A DNA stretch of 64,000 nucleotides from Psilocybe cubensis (GCA_017499595.2 CM039001.1:1240001-1304000); one strand, 5' to 3'; shown: positions 13,851-27,598, numbered from the stretch's first letter. Made by a program: numbers and translations. The notes: generated by a model not told the origin, from the letters alone.

Positions 13851-14276
13851 CTGCTGCGAGAGTATAGACTGCGCTTTCCGAGTCACCACCACACAAGATG
13901 TGAGAATGACGGGGAAAACCGAGTCTACGAGGTGCTCCTTGCGATAGAGGAGCAGGTAAAGGAGCGCGGGGGGTGTAGATAGTCGTAAGAACTGTCGTAA
14001 AGAGGCTGAAGGGCGGGAGGGCTAGCGGTGTTGGCAGACGCACAGCGAAGGCGTGCCTTTTGAATGGTCCGAAAGAAAGAAAAAAAGCAGTATTGAAAGA
14101 GGATTGCCGAGCCCGCTGCAAATACTTTTCTTCAAGCCTGGAACTGGAACTCTAGTCGGACGCCCGTCTTGCCTGTAGTCTGAGGAGGGGAACCTGGCAA
14201 CAAGAATCGACGACTGGGAGGAGGTCGATCCGCCTGGTGCTTGCAAGATGGGCGAAAAATAAACAAGAGGGGCACT

Positions 14277-14286
14277 CCTTATATAC
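14277..14286 (-). promoter_or_regulatory. Putative TATA box of the cyclin-like gene
   Basis: GTATATAAGG on the minus strand about 430 nt upstream of the ATG, followed by a pyrimidine-rich leader. Confidence 0.4.
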
Positions 14287-14438
14287 CCATTACGTAACAC
14301 TTTCCCACTGGATTATCAGCAGGCCCATATGGCACATGAGTCAATAACTCCCGATCACTGGCGCCGTGACTGAACGCGCCTGTCTTTACACTTACCACAC
14401 TTGAAATGAATATTTCCTTGCAGGACGCTAATGGAAAC

Positions 14439-17400
14439 ATGAACCAGCCGTCTTCTGCAGATTCAATCACCCTCGGCCAGCTCAAGGCCATGGTAGGCAC
14501 CGCTCAGAAACCAAAAGTACGCTCGCCTACTCCACCGCGAGCTGTCTGTTGATCTCCGTCCCTAGCAATCTTTATTCGACTTCAAGTATGACGACGAGGA
14601 CACCGTCATGAACGAGATCGAGGAGTTCTACTCTTACATAGAGATGCTGCAGGTCGCCGAGAACATGAAATCATGGGAGGGCTCCTTCCCTGACGGCACG
14701 TCATTGTCTTGCACGCGGCCCAGCTGCTTGCACTAATGCACCTAACTATAGGCGACTGGACCAAGGCCCCTTTGTCCAGAAGACGCGCACATGTCGAGTA
14801 TCTCCTTGAGAGCTTGGAGCATCGCGACACCGAGATCCGTTTCACCAATGCCCGTCGATTGTTCTATGTCCTCCAAGGTAGGTCCTTTTCATGCTATCAT
14901 GCACCCGCCATTAATTTTGCACTCAAAGGGACTTTTGGCGAGACCGTATCCCCGGAGCACCAATTGCATTGGATATTTGAAAACTGCAAGGTAGTCCGTG
15001 CCGCCAACGGCGTTAGCAGCATCGTAGAAGCGCTTAAAATTGCAGGCCGCAAACACGATCTACTATGGTGTGTTTGGGGTTCGACGCTATTTCTAGCGTA
15101 AAGCTAATCTATCGTGACAGCAATATCACCGATGCACAGGCGGCACACCTGCATGTGTCGCTACAAGACCGCGCTGACCTTACGGAAGACGTGTTGACCG
15201 AAGTCTCCGTATACTTGGGAATGCTCTATCATCTGATTGAGGTATTCAAAGGCCACGATGACTTTGCGGATGAGTTAAGTAAGCAAATCGAGTCAAATCT
15301 ATTCGAACCTTGATTGATGGGGACATGTAGTGAGCTTGGATCCACCACTTCCGGTATACCTTTTCAATGTCGTCTCCAATCTACGAGACAAAACACCCAA
15401 AGGATACCCTATCAAAAAAGTATTATTAGCTCTATTTTACAGAACCAAAAGCTCATTTCATATTATTAGCTTCTTTTAGTTTTGTGGAAAACACTTTTGA
15501 CATGCTGGGGTGGTGTACGCGATCATGCTCGCGTCAAAAAGCTAGCGCGTGAATTAGCAGGTTTGCCACCTATCACAGAAAACAGTAAGATCATTCCAAA
15601 ACCTAGTGCCGTCCACACGCTGACAGCAAATGCAGCTGCCAAAATCAAATCCTCTCCAATCGACATTGAATTATTCCACTCCGAGACCTCGGTCAAATAT
15701 CCCACATTTCAGCCTCCCGCCGTACCGCAGTCTTCCATCATCGATGCGCCGATCGCGAAACAGGTCAATGTATCCCAACTAACAAGCAAACTTGCAAAAG
15801 CATACACCCCTATCCCCGTGCGGCATCACTATCACCACCACGACGAGAACGATGTGTCGCACGGCGGACATCCGCAGGGCATGCCGCCGCAGTTCCACCC
15901 CCACCACCCGGGGCAGCAGCAGGGCCCTAATAATGGGTATCGCCACGTCCCGCAGCCCGCGACTCCCGCACCATCGCCGCCGCCCTCACCGAAGCCTAAG
16001 AAGCAGCAATACCAGACGGACCAGACGCGTCCCTTCCTGTTCCCGTTCTCGCGCGCGCAGGCGGGGAAGGAGGTACGGCTTGTCCCATTTGCCATCGACG
16101 AGGCGGATAGACTGTATAATCGGCATATGTATGTCAGCTTGTCGCTTGCGCAGATGTGGAGGACGAGGGAGGATTGTATGACGGTGGAGAGTGGACTGGA
16201 TCGGATGCCTGGCGCTGATGCAGAGTTTAAGAGTTCGACTTTTAACCCGGATGAGTCAGAGACGGCTGAGCCTCTACCTGACCTCGCGCTTTTGGATCAA
16301 AAAATCCAAGAGGCGATTGAAGCTATGGAAAACGCGCAATCGAGCGCGGACAAACGAAAAGCGAGAGAAAGAAAAGAGGATCTTATGAGACTTAAGCGCG
16401 TTGAACAGATATATGTACGACTTGATGACTTTTTTTCTATCAAAATTTTGCGATGAACATTTTTTTTAGAGTGCTATCCTTCCTGTGCTCTCGGGATGGG
16501 TTCTCATTTTGCTCAAGTTGCTTTTGGCGACAGTGTCTGCTAGCTCCAATATGCAGAACCCTCAATCATCGACATCATCCGTCTTCCCTCCTACAGGAAT
16601 GTCGCGTAAGGAAATTTGATGCAAACTATAATTTTATCTGTCTTATTCTTTTTGATAGCGCAAGAACAACCTCCCACTACTTTGCCGACCCTCGACGATA
16701 TTGATGTCACCCGTCATCGCGAAATTACATCGAAAGCCGTTTCAGCCATATTGTTGCTGGTTCTCAAATGGTTCAAAGTTTCTCGTAAGCCACAAGTTTG
16801 ATTGGGTGGTCTCATTTAACTGATTTTTACGTAGACGTAATGAAGTTCCACCATCTAGGACAACACCTTCTCGATACAAACTGCCTGCTATTAATCCTGA
16901 AGATGTTTGGCTTGCAGGAGGTGACCAACTCCGTGGTGTCCAAGGCCGATTCTCCTGAAAACAAGTAGAGCCTGCTTGCACTCGCACTTTAATGCGCGAA
17001 AACTGATGTTTCCGTTTAATTTCCTAGCTTTTTCCGATACTGCTTGACGAACCTGTCCAAGAACCCGCAGCCGATCCGGCCCGAAGACGACATGTACCGC
17101 GCACCGAAGCAGAACATCCGCAAGACGACGATACTGCCAAGCGGGGAGCAGCGGGAAGAGGAGATTGAGCTTATCACAGAGTATTCATGGCGCAACTTTT
17201 TCTCGACGATTAATTTTGCAAAGATTATGCAGAAGCTGTCCAAGGGCAGGTCACACAGGATCTGGATGCTGGTGCAATACAAGAGCTCTGTACGTCATCA
17301 TCGGTTAGAGTGGTCACTCCTTGGTTGATGCATGTGCAGGCCGTGCTCAAACGCGTTTTGAGAGTGAACCATCCATTGCTGCAACTTCATGTACTCAAAT

Positions 17401-18551
17401 TGATCAAGAGTCAAGTGCCGTTCTGTGGCAGAAAATGGAGGCAATGTATGGAAATATATTCGGAGTGTCATTGTGTGCGCTGACTGTATGCATAGCTAAC
17501 ATGAAGGTCATTACCTCGATATATCTCAACTGCCGACCTGATCTGAGAGACGAGTGGCTTGCGGGAGTGGAACCCGATGATGCTGGAGATGCGCAGGTGA
17601 ATAGAATGGATTACGTTTGTTGCCCTCTGATTTGACAGGATGACGATAGGCACAAGAGCAAGCGCTTCGACATTTGGTCAAGTTTTGTGAGTACCCATAC
17701 AAGAGTAGTTGGCTCTGATAATGATTGTTGCAGATAACACGAAGCGATATGGACCGGCAGCGATGGCGGGACAACAGAGCCCGATCCACCGACGGACAGG
17801 AAGCATGTCGCAGATGGAGGGCCTGCACGCGGACCCTGCACTGTCGAGCCTGATCCGTCCGCTGGGGACGCCGAATGTGGTGGACTCGGACGTATTCCCG
17901 CCTGTGCGGTCGCGTGCGCCAGACCAGTCGCTGTTCCTGCCATTCATCCCCGAAGACATTGCGTTTGAGGAAGAGTACGAAGAGTACCTTTCTGACCTCG
18001 GGTGGTCGGAGGAGCAGACGGCTGCGTCGATGGAGAGTGGGAGCGGAGGTACATCTGCATGGCACCGACTGCCAAACTTTGTGACAGAGTTTGGGGATGG
18101 GATCAGCGACAGCGAGAGTGTGGTGTCGATTGGGGACCTGGGAGACGAAAGCCGCCTGGATCCGACCAGAGAGGACCGGGAGACGGTCGACGAGAATGTG
18201 AACAACTGGGAGGTAATAATTATTTTAGCGACTGAATTTTATTGGGGGATGCTGATTGGGTGATGCAGCACATGAGCCCGAAGACGATGGCTGCGCTGCC
18301 CAAGTCGCCCGCAGGAGGACGGCGGTCGAGCTCTGGGACTGGGCTGCGACCTGTGCTGCCGTTTGCGCTGGACGAGGGCGATGGGAGTGCGGTGGAGGAG
18401 GAGGAGGAAGAAAGCGAAGGGGGCCACCTGGGACGAGAGCGGCCGTCGGGCGAGTTTCCAGCAGGGGCGAGTGTGGACGAGGTGGAATACGCATACGGGT
18501 GAGTGAAGAGTAAGTATATGTAAGCAGTGCTGACTGGGATACAGGGTCTAA
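14439..18551 (+). CDS. FAR11: STRIPAK subunit Far11/STRIP (N1221 + DUF3402)
   Basis: FKYDDEDTVMNEIEEFYSY, VPFAIDEADRLY, RHREITSKAVSAILLLVLKWFK, YSWRNFFSTINF, LVQYKSS and MKVITSIYLNCRPDLRDEWL. The start may lie slightly upstream. The last intron is probably 18499-18544; if unspliced the stop is at 18502. Confidence 0.92.
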
Positions 18552-18761
18552 GTAGGAAGATTGTTTGGTTTTAGTGTACTTACTGTTTGTGTATATGGAC
18601 GACATGGTCCGTGCGTAATAGCGAGAGATTCCCACGTGTATGACATAAGCAGATTCCTGGGTTGTTGTTTGGGATGCTTGAACCACCATCTTCTGAATCC
18701 CGCCGCCAAACAGCGCCAACGTGAATCCAACACCGCCCGCAGAATACAAACAAGTCAAGCC

Positions 18762-20049
18762 ATGGCTCAGCCGCCTCAGCCGCAGATGCAGTCCATCATG
18801 CAGGATCCCGCCCAGCAGGACATGGCTGCCAACTACTATCCCCAGGAGAGCGATCTCACTGGTGGTCTCCCTATCAACCTCGACTCTCTCAGGGACGGGC
18901 CCCCTGGCAGCAAACCCTTTTATCCCTATTCTACCCTCATTCGGTATGTTTACTCAACTATATCTCTTATTCTTTTACTCACAACCTACCAGCTATGCCA
19001 TCAAAGGCTCTCCCAATCAAAAGCTGCTCCTAGAAGACATTTACTATGCCATCGAGTCTCGGGTAAGTCGTACTGCTTCTCTTGAGAGATAAGCCCATTG
19101 AAAGTGTCCCAGTTTCCCTACTTTCGTACTGCTCCTAATGGCTGGAAGGTAAGTTGTTCGCTCAAGTGGGTGTTTGTTTGTCCCATCGCGTCATAGAACG
19201 CGTCTCACGCGGGACGCGCTGTTGTTGTTTGACTGGCCCTGTTTGTTGTTGCCAGTTTATTTCTCCTGCTTTTCGATTCACCAAACACAACGCTCATTCT
19301 TTTTCAGAACTCGGTCCGCCACAATCTCTCCCTCAATCCATGCTTTGAAAAGGTTCCCCGTCCTCTTACTGACCGCGGCAAGGGCTCCTACTGGACCGTA
19401 AACGAGAATGTAGACCCCCGCACAGGCGTACATCGCATTCGCAAGAAAAAGACAAAGGGCTCAAAGGGCCGTGCCTCGGAGGAGCCCGATACAGACTACC
19501 ATCCCCCAGAGGGAAGCTACGACGACCCCCATGGCCAGTTTGTAGCTTCCCCGCCCATGCAATCAGACGATTCAGGCACAAGTCGTCAGCAGCAGCAGCA
19601 ACAGCAGCAACAACAACAGCCAATACCTTATGCCGGTTATCCGTGAGTCACCTGCTCACCATTTCCCAACATGAAATTGACTATTCACCAGTCCTATGGC
19701 CTTTGACCCCAACTTTCCCATGATCCCCGGCATGCGGTACCCTCCAATCCCAGGCGTCATGCCCCCAGTCCTCGACGAAGGTCTAGAGCTCGACGAGCAC
19801 GGCAATGTCAACTGGCGGCTAGCCTGGCTCAAAGAGATCGGCCATCTCCAACAGCTAACGGCAGAGCAGGAAAAGGCGGGCGTCGATCCAGAGTGGTATC
19901 GCATGATGCTCTTCAGGGTCCGCGGCGCACTCATGCCTCCCCCCATGAATCCGGAGATGATGCATGCCATCGCTGCCGCCCCACACATGCAGCCGCCACA
20001 GACAAATCCCTCAGATATGCAGCAAGGACAGCAGCAAGGACAGCAATAA
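18762..20049 (+). CDS. Forkhead-box transcription factor (no FHA domain)
   Basis: Spliced [77 protein letters not shown]. Has a polyQ and an M/P-rich C-terminus. Confidence 0.93.
19587..19619 (+). repeat. CAG/CAA trinucleotide repeat (polyglutamine) in the forkhead gene
   Basis: Run of about 11 CAG/CAA codons. Confidence 0.85.
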
Positions 20050-20345
20050 AGGACAGCAGTATATTCACGATGTTTCATGTATTCCACCACGCCTTTGTAA
20101 TGCCTTTTACTGTGTTTTTTTACTCTTTCGTTCTTCCTTTGTACCTGTAGCAACCCTCACTTCATCGTACCTAATCTTTATATCCGAGCACATTTCTGTA
20201 GAGCTCGTTGAATCATTGTAGCGGCCGAAAAGTTGGAAAAATTTGTATTGCTTGCGGCCGAGTGGCTGTGCCTGTCTTTATCAGCTAGTGCTGATGTCAT
20301 ACAAGTGCTGATCAAGATTCAAAGAATTTGTTGTTCAGTACCACC

Positions 20346-21403
20346 ATGTCTCCAACGGCCGTATATGCGCATCCCCAGACAGTGTCCGTCGCTGCCTCAC
20401 ACAGCAGCAAGGGCCCTGCCCTCGTCATCGGCTCGTTGTCCACTGCTCAGGATGGCAGATATCAGGCTCTTGTCTCGGAGCTAGAGCCCACACGGAGGGT
20501 CGACAAGCAGCTCTTGGACAGACTGGTCGATCAAGGTACGTGTCTATCGCCCGTCGCTCTGCGCTGGTTGCTGAACAAAAGCACACCAGCGACCACTCTG
20601 GAGCCGGCGTCGTATGCGTCGGTCCACGTCAGTCTGTCGCCGTCGGACTACGAGTCGCTGCAACCCAAGCTCTCGCCGCTTCTCGCACAGCTCCTGTCCG
20701 GTCTCACGCCCCTAGGCACCCTCCACCTCCTCAACCTCTCCTCCGTGTTCCAGACTCTCCCTTCAGAGCTCACCCTCGCAGGGTTCAACATCCTCTCCTC
20801 GCTCCCAGACACCGGCACCCTCGTCGCACAGAAACCGGCCCAGAGCGGCGGATCGCTGTCTCTGAAGAACCGGCCCGCCTCTGCTGTCCCTCTCATGAAG
20901 CTCAATCGAAAGGTCGATCCCGCGAAGAAGCAGGCTCTGTGGGCCATCACATCGTCCCCGTCCACGCCCCTCGTTGATGCCGAGGCGCTGCTCACACCAG
21001 CGGACAAGGCCCGCCCCGTACCTGTGTGTGAACCCGTGAATGCCGCCGCCCCGCGCCGGAAGAAGGCGTGCAAAGGGTGCACCTGCGGCCTGGCGGAGCT
21101 CGAGGAAGAGGAGCGCAAAAATAGCAAGGTCGTCATTCTCGATGGCTCCCAGGACGGTGTCGCCAGAGAGGTCGATCAGAGTGAAAAGGAGCGCCTGATC
21201 AAGGCGGCCAATGCTGCCCCAAAGGCCACAAGCAGTTGCGGCAGCTGCTTTTTGGGAGACGCCTTCCGCTGCGCGAGCTGTCCATACCTGGGTATGTCCA
21301 CGGTTTATTTGTGGTTTCTTGCCATACTTATCCCACTCCAGGTCTGCCCGCGTTCAAGCCAGGGGAAAAAGTCGAGATCGACTTTGGCATGGACGATCTG
21401 TAA
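20346..21403 (+). CDS. DRE2: Fe-S cluster assembly protein Dre2/anamorsin
   Basis: C-terminal [14 protein letters not shown] and [31 protein letters not shown] motifs. Confidence 0.96.
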
Positions 21404-21716
21404 TATCACAATCACATCTTACTGTATTCCACTAACTCGGCTATGAGCGTTATCTAGAGTATGTAGTGCTTTCTTGTATAGCTTCCACCCTTTTCTTTTT
21501 GCTATTCACACTCCCTCACCTTCCTCTTTGGAAAGTTTTCGGACTCATGTGGAGCCATCAGCATCCCTAGGCGGCGACTTCCATTGTAGACTATCTCCTC
21601 CAATATCATACGACGGCACAAGTTTCGTGTCCGCTTGTTGGGTTCGCTCGTCTTCCGCCAGTTTGTGGCTTGGCGACCGCAGTCGATGGGTGTTCCATGT
21701 TGTTGCCATTTCCCAG

Positions 21717-23555
21717 TTATGAGAACACGATGTCGGATGTCGTTAGCGCTGGGTTTCGACTGTATGACAGCGCCTGTTCCAGACCCTGGAATTGGGTATC
21801 TCCAAGCACTACTTCGTCGTCTGCGTACGCTGCCCTGCGAAGATTGAGTATCATCGACGAAGCCTAACGCACACGTTGAGGTTAACAAGACTTGTGAACT
21901 TTATAGACACGTACGGCTATAACATAAACAGCAATGTTCCATCTGTTGGTCGGGTCAGTGACTGCGCAAAAGAGATTGGTATGAAGCACTTACGGAATGT
22001 AAATACTCTGCAGTGGCCCTGAAGTCAGAAAAGAGGAAAGTGCCCCGGATATTAGAACCACTAGATAGGGCGTTTCAATACACAATCAAGCAGCAATATT
22101 TAGTTACGCACAGACGATCCTTGGTACAATTATCAGCATTCTGCTATCAACGTAATAAAACTGGGACTTACATTAAAAAGTAGATGGTTCCGTCGCGCAC
22201 AAACGCTTGCATGAGTGGTGAAATCTTGATCCGTGTCCCTGCCGATCTAGCGACGTCCACAGATTGCCAGAACTTGTACAACATCATAATAAAATAAATG
22301 CCTGGGTCTTACTTTAGCCGTGGAAAGAGACCGCTAATGATGTTAAAGCTTACCAGCTATCGTGATGGCAGTGACCCTACAAAAAGTAATTTAGAATTGC
22401 AGCTGGTATCAAAACGGCATAGAGGTAATCACCAGCTCGCCAGTGTGCTGTGAAGGGATGGACGCGTGAGGCACCCTTGGATGGGCAGTCCCATAGGTGC
22501 GATGAAAGCAGTCTCTACGGCAGACTTGCCGACGACAATCAGCACATAAATCTGAATCTAAAACGAAGTCAGAACGCTGGTTCTTGAAATAAAAGGCATC
22601 ACCTCACAGTCAAGTGGGCTGGAGATAGCATGAGGATCAGGTGTTTAGTCCAGTGTAAAATATGACTGAAACCGCTCACCGCAGTTCAAAAAGACGAGGA
22701 ACCAAAGAACTGAGCCAATTCTATCAGAATTACAATCTTAGATCTGAGAAATAAGACCCACCTTTTCTATTCCGATTATACAGTGCATGCAACCTAATGG
22801 CCATGATCAAGTCGATGCAAATACCAAAAATTAGACTACCGCCACTAGTAGCAGTTAATTCAGTGCTCTAAATTGGACGACAGTTGACACCGCTCACATC
22901 GTCACTGCAAACCAGTTCATAATTTGGCATCTTTAAAAAGGTATGAGAACTCGGAAAGCCTGTTCTCTGAGCAATAGCATCTAACCTCTGCATGTCCTTC
23001 AATTTCAGAGACTATTTGACACCAAAGGCGACATACCAACAGATTTTTCTGAACAGTTGCACTAACTGCATTGCAAAATTAGAAGCCGTAATTGTAAACG
23101 TTTCATTCACACTTGCCTGCGGCTTGTACACTCCATGCGGTCCAGTTTCAGTCTCAGGAATATGGCGATAGGAAATTGTATAACTCACGTAATTACAAAC
23201 AGACTCCAGTATCTTACAAAAATATACAGTATCTTCGGGAGTGACCATCTCGTCCTGTAAGTCATCAGTCGTGAGATTCTTGTAACAACGGTCATGCCAC
23301 CAACCTCCATATGTGAACACTCTGTCAGATAAGAATAGTGTCAAAAAGGCGACAACCTGCAAAATCCTCAGGACGAACCTCTGCTGGTAATGACCGCAGC
23401 ATATCAAACCAAAGCAGAGCAGCTGCTGAACCTGTAGAGAATGATAAGCCCAAGCCGCCTCGTGCTGTGGCATCGGACGACCCACCCCAAGAGTACGCAA
23501 CCACCCTGCTCTCCCAAACAACTGCGAAAAGAGCGCTCAACTCCCCAGCCTCCAT
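21717..23555 (-). CDS. DUF6533-family multi-pass membrane protein (paralog A)
   Basis: Small exons give AAALLWFDMLRSLPAE, SVHIW, WSLPKILYIFVRY, AIRLHALYNRNRK, WNIAVYVIA and SSMILNLRR, the typical motifs of this agaricomycete family. Confidence 0.8.
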
Positions 23556-24787
23556 GACCAAGTCTCCAATCGCCAAAAGAATTCTGTGAAGGGGCAAACG
23601 TTACATGTAAATGGAGCGGTGTAAAAGAGTCAAAGGGGGTCGTTGGAGAGCCATCAAGACTGATATATGGGCAGGGTACGGTCGCGGTTCACGGAGATTT
23701 CCTAGCGATCTCTTATCCGCATCCGAAGGTCTAATGTCAGGTAGATGAGCCCTGAGTCCTGAATCCGGGCTTCAACATTGCGCTAAGCCCATTGAAATGG
23801 TCGGAAGCGACGGTTGGCTCCATGGTTGCTTGTAGATGGGGTTTAAAGCCTCCGAGATTCTTTATGCAGAAGTCGTACTAGCAAAGTAGGAACCGAAGGA
23901 TGAGTATCTTCAACAACCCTCGATAATAAAAGCCCAATGAGTTAAGGAAGCGCTGGAGCTAAAAATATAACAGGCGACAAGTGAATAATGTCGACGCCAT
24001 AGTTGCTCGGAGAACCCAGAGTCCGAAAGCATGTCAACTTGAGATGTCTGTTTGATCCAAACTTGATCTGTTGACCCATTGGCCTTCTCGGAATGGCATA
24101 AAATCAAATTTACGCACGGGAGCATGCGCCCTAGTTTTGACAGTTCAGATAACTACATGTCTGCGCTGTCTGCGCCTCGAATGTTCTGCGGTGCGTTGAG
24201 TCAAGTGTGGATTGTGGAATCAACAGTGGCTGTGGATAACTCTGACTATCATACAGCCGAGTTGAGTGAAGGACGGCGTGGGTTCCTTAGTGCGCATGGA
24301 AATTGGTACATAGACAGCGTTTTGAGAACGATTAACTGGCAGAGGTAGCCGTTCGCACGCACGACAACACTGGAAGAGCGGCAAAATGCGCTACGACGTC
24401 TCGGAAGCGAAAATGGTCTAATTTTAGCTACTTTGGTGGCCAAGTAATGGCCAAGCACTGCAGAGTCCTGATTCCGTCCCCAAAAGAGTGTTACTATTAC
24501 TATTTATCTATATACTTTAATGCTACTTCCTTGAAACAAAGCTATGTCAATTAAAAAGGACTATGCTCCGACCATTGTCCAATTCTTCCAACCTCCTATT
24601 AGTTACCGAGCCGTGTTAGCAACAATGCTGTACGATAGTAGACAGGCGGTGAATCCAAACAGTAGAAGATAAACACGCGAGCCTTATGAGTTTTATCCAA
24701 CTCAAGTCTCCTTTCTACGGCAAAGATATGCCGTGAAAGCATCCATCATTACCCTATGTGCAAATAAGGTGTTTCAAGATTATCACT

Positions 24788-26705
24788 TCAAGATGAAGAT
24801 CTAAATATGCTTTCAATTCAACAAAAACAATCTTTAAAAAAGTCGTACTCACGTTGAAGTCACAAGTTCCTGAGTCTGATAATAAGCAATGGCAGTTTCC
24901 AGCATACCCAATAAACTTCTTTCGGTAGAAGCCGCTCGTCTTAGGTCGATAATGAGACCCGTTGCCTATAGATAGTGCGGGGAAGCACAGTGATAAGCAC
25001 ATCCAGATGCATCATAAATAATACAAACTTACTGCCAAAACATAAACGACGATGTTCCAACTGAATGAGAGTATGGATGAGTCACGGTTCAATCAAAGAC
25101 GTTTACAGATCTTACGGTAAGTACAAGAGCGTCAGAGGCCCACTTGCGAGGTTGCTATTTAGAATCCCACCGACGAGCATGACTGAAATATGCGAGTAAA
25201 TTATTTGCTTCAGATAACGGAACAAAAGGTACTCACTCACAACCCTTGAAAACATGAGTTAGGGTCCTCAAAGTCAACAATCTGCATTACCAAAAATGAA
25301 CTTACAACAGAAAATATATAGTTCCATCGCGCACAAAGGCCTTCATAAGTGGTGGTATGCGTATAATGACTCCCGCTCTTCTAGCATGCACAATCAACAG
25401 GAAAAATTTCGCCACCATCATTGTAAAGTAGATCACTGATTGCGTCATTGACCTTCAAATCGTGAAACACCAGATAGTAATTTCACTGACCAGACACCAC
25501 CACGGCAGCTATCCTGGAATCAAGATCATTAATTCTATTGAAGGGAAGTACGAGCAGGAATGACAGTACCAGCCTATAATTACTTTGTGAGCGGGGTTGG
25601 AAGGACATCCAGGAAGAGGTATTCCTGGGGGTGCTAGAAAGGTAGTTTGAGCGCTAGATATCCCAATGACGACAAGGACATATATCTGGATCTATAAAAA
25701 TGGCGGCTTCATAAACAGCGCATCTGTTTTTCTGGTCAAATACTCACGGCCAAATGGACTAAAAGATATATTAGAGTCAAATACAACTTTGAGCATCATC
25801 AACGGTCTCACAAGTGTTCAAAAAAACCAAAAAGATCAAGACTTGCAGAATGGGTCAATTTAAAGCTTGTGGCATGGGGACAATGTTGGATGACCCACCT
25901 CGTTTATCGCGGTTATACAGAGCATACAACCTTATCGACAAGATAACGTCAACAAGCAAGCTAAATATCAGCCCTCCACCCCTTCCAAGAGAAGACAATC
26001 AGGGAGAGTGTCCAGCGGAGAGAGATAAAGACTCACATGGTAACAAGGAACCACGCGAAAAGTTGACATCTAAAATGCTGCGTCTAGAATGAGTATGTCA
26101 TGACAAATAATAAGTAAACACCTCTGTGAATGATTATGAGAGAGGTTACAGCAGACTGTTAAGAAAAAAAGGCAAACCTTGACACTCTGCTGAACAGTCG
26201 ATGCCACTACAAGGTGAATTAGCGCGCATATATCTGAATTTAGAATCGGTTCATGTACCTGTGGCATTGATTCTGCAACGAAAATTAACCAAGCTCCCAT
26301 TTGAAATGCTCAGCACTTACACAACTGTAAACAGACCAGAATATCGTATCAAGAGGTACAACATCTTGGGTATTGACCAGGCTGAGCTGTGTTCAAGGCT
26401 TTCGATTTCGGAATAACATTTCACAGATAAAGTAGACAAACCTCCAGAGATAAGCCACCTTGGAGTTCCATCAGATGCTTTGGGGTTGTGGAGGATGGAA
26501 TAAAAAACGCACCTCTTTCGGCAAAGTTAAAAGCGTGTTGTACCACAATATCGTGGTCGCAGACCCTAAAATCCATTGATAACGAGAAAGCGTTAAACAG
26601 AAAAGCATCTTGAATAGCCTAGGGAATGGACTTACACCACGCATACGACACGAGCCTGCTCTGCCATATCAGTGTGACAAACTCTTCAGGACTGAGATTT
26701 TCCAT
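24788..26705 (-). CDS. DUF6533-family multi-pass membrane protein (paralog B)
   Basis: Exons MENLSPEEFVTLIWQSRLVSYAW, SATTILWYNTLLTLPKE, VAYLW, WSIPKMLYLLIRY, SIRLYALYNRDKR, WNIVVYVLA and TGLIIDLRR, colinear with paralog A. Confidence 0.8.
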
Positions 26706-27598
26706 GCTGTGCCAACTGGACTGTTCGAGACAGCTTGGATGGTCGAGTCGACCGTCCTGAAAACAGAACGCATTATAACGAAAACCCTCAACACCAAAAA
26801 TACGTAAAAATGTACCACTGACCTTTTCGAGTTTCGATTCCCTTCGGCGCACAAGAGAATGTAACGCTGTCGGACGGAGGAGGAAGTTCAAGTTCAATAC
26901 AGAGGTTTCGCATGGTCATCCATCAGAATCCAGAACCCAGGTGATTCTGTTTTGTGGCGCGCGCAGATTCCATCTCGGATGAATGACACGAGAGTGCCTT
27001 GGCAACTCTGGAGTACAGGCACTATGTGATTGCTGGGAGTTTTTGCCTTCGGTACCGCGTTCCAGTGGTGGATTGGCGGTTGTTTACCGGATTCTAGACG
27101 CATTGTATTAGAGTGCGCGGGATAACATTACATTAACGATAGGTCAATACCATGCTATAGACAGCGGCATTCTATGGAGCCCAGGTGACATCAAGGCAAC
27201 CCACTGATAACGCTTGACGCAATTCACAAACTCCGAGATGCAATGGTGGCCTGAGTGATGGGAGTATTATTGCTAGATGGTATAACATGGGTGGTTGAGG
27301 TAGAAAGTTTCTCCAGAGGTAGTAACGTAGCCTAGGTGTTATGATTTGATTAAACTGAATACACCAAAAAACGAGCGGATGGACTTGGGAAAGGAGCGAC
27401 GAGCGCTAATGGATCAATGGCAGCTGCCCAATGGGAGAATTCGCTGTCCGGGTGCAGAAGGATGACATAATCAGCAAAAGGTTGCAAAAATAGCAAAACT
27501 TTGCCAAGAACAATTTGACTATCGCTCGACACAACTTGCAAGAGTTGCAAGGATTCAATATTCATCTATTTTACATCTAAATACACATATCACAGAAA

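Noticed and set aside
23600..27550. Possible degenerate transposon in the ORF-poor region
   Set aside because: Most of it is explained by the second DUF6533 gene. I saw no transposase or RT motifs, TIRs or LTRs, though 23600-24780 remains unexplained spacer.
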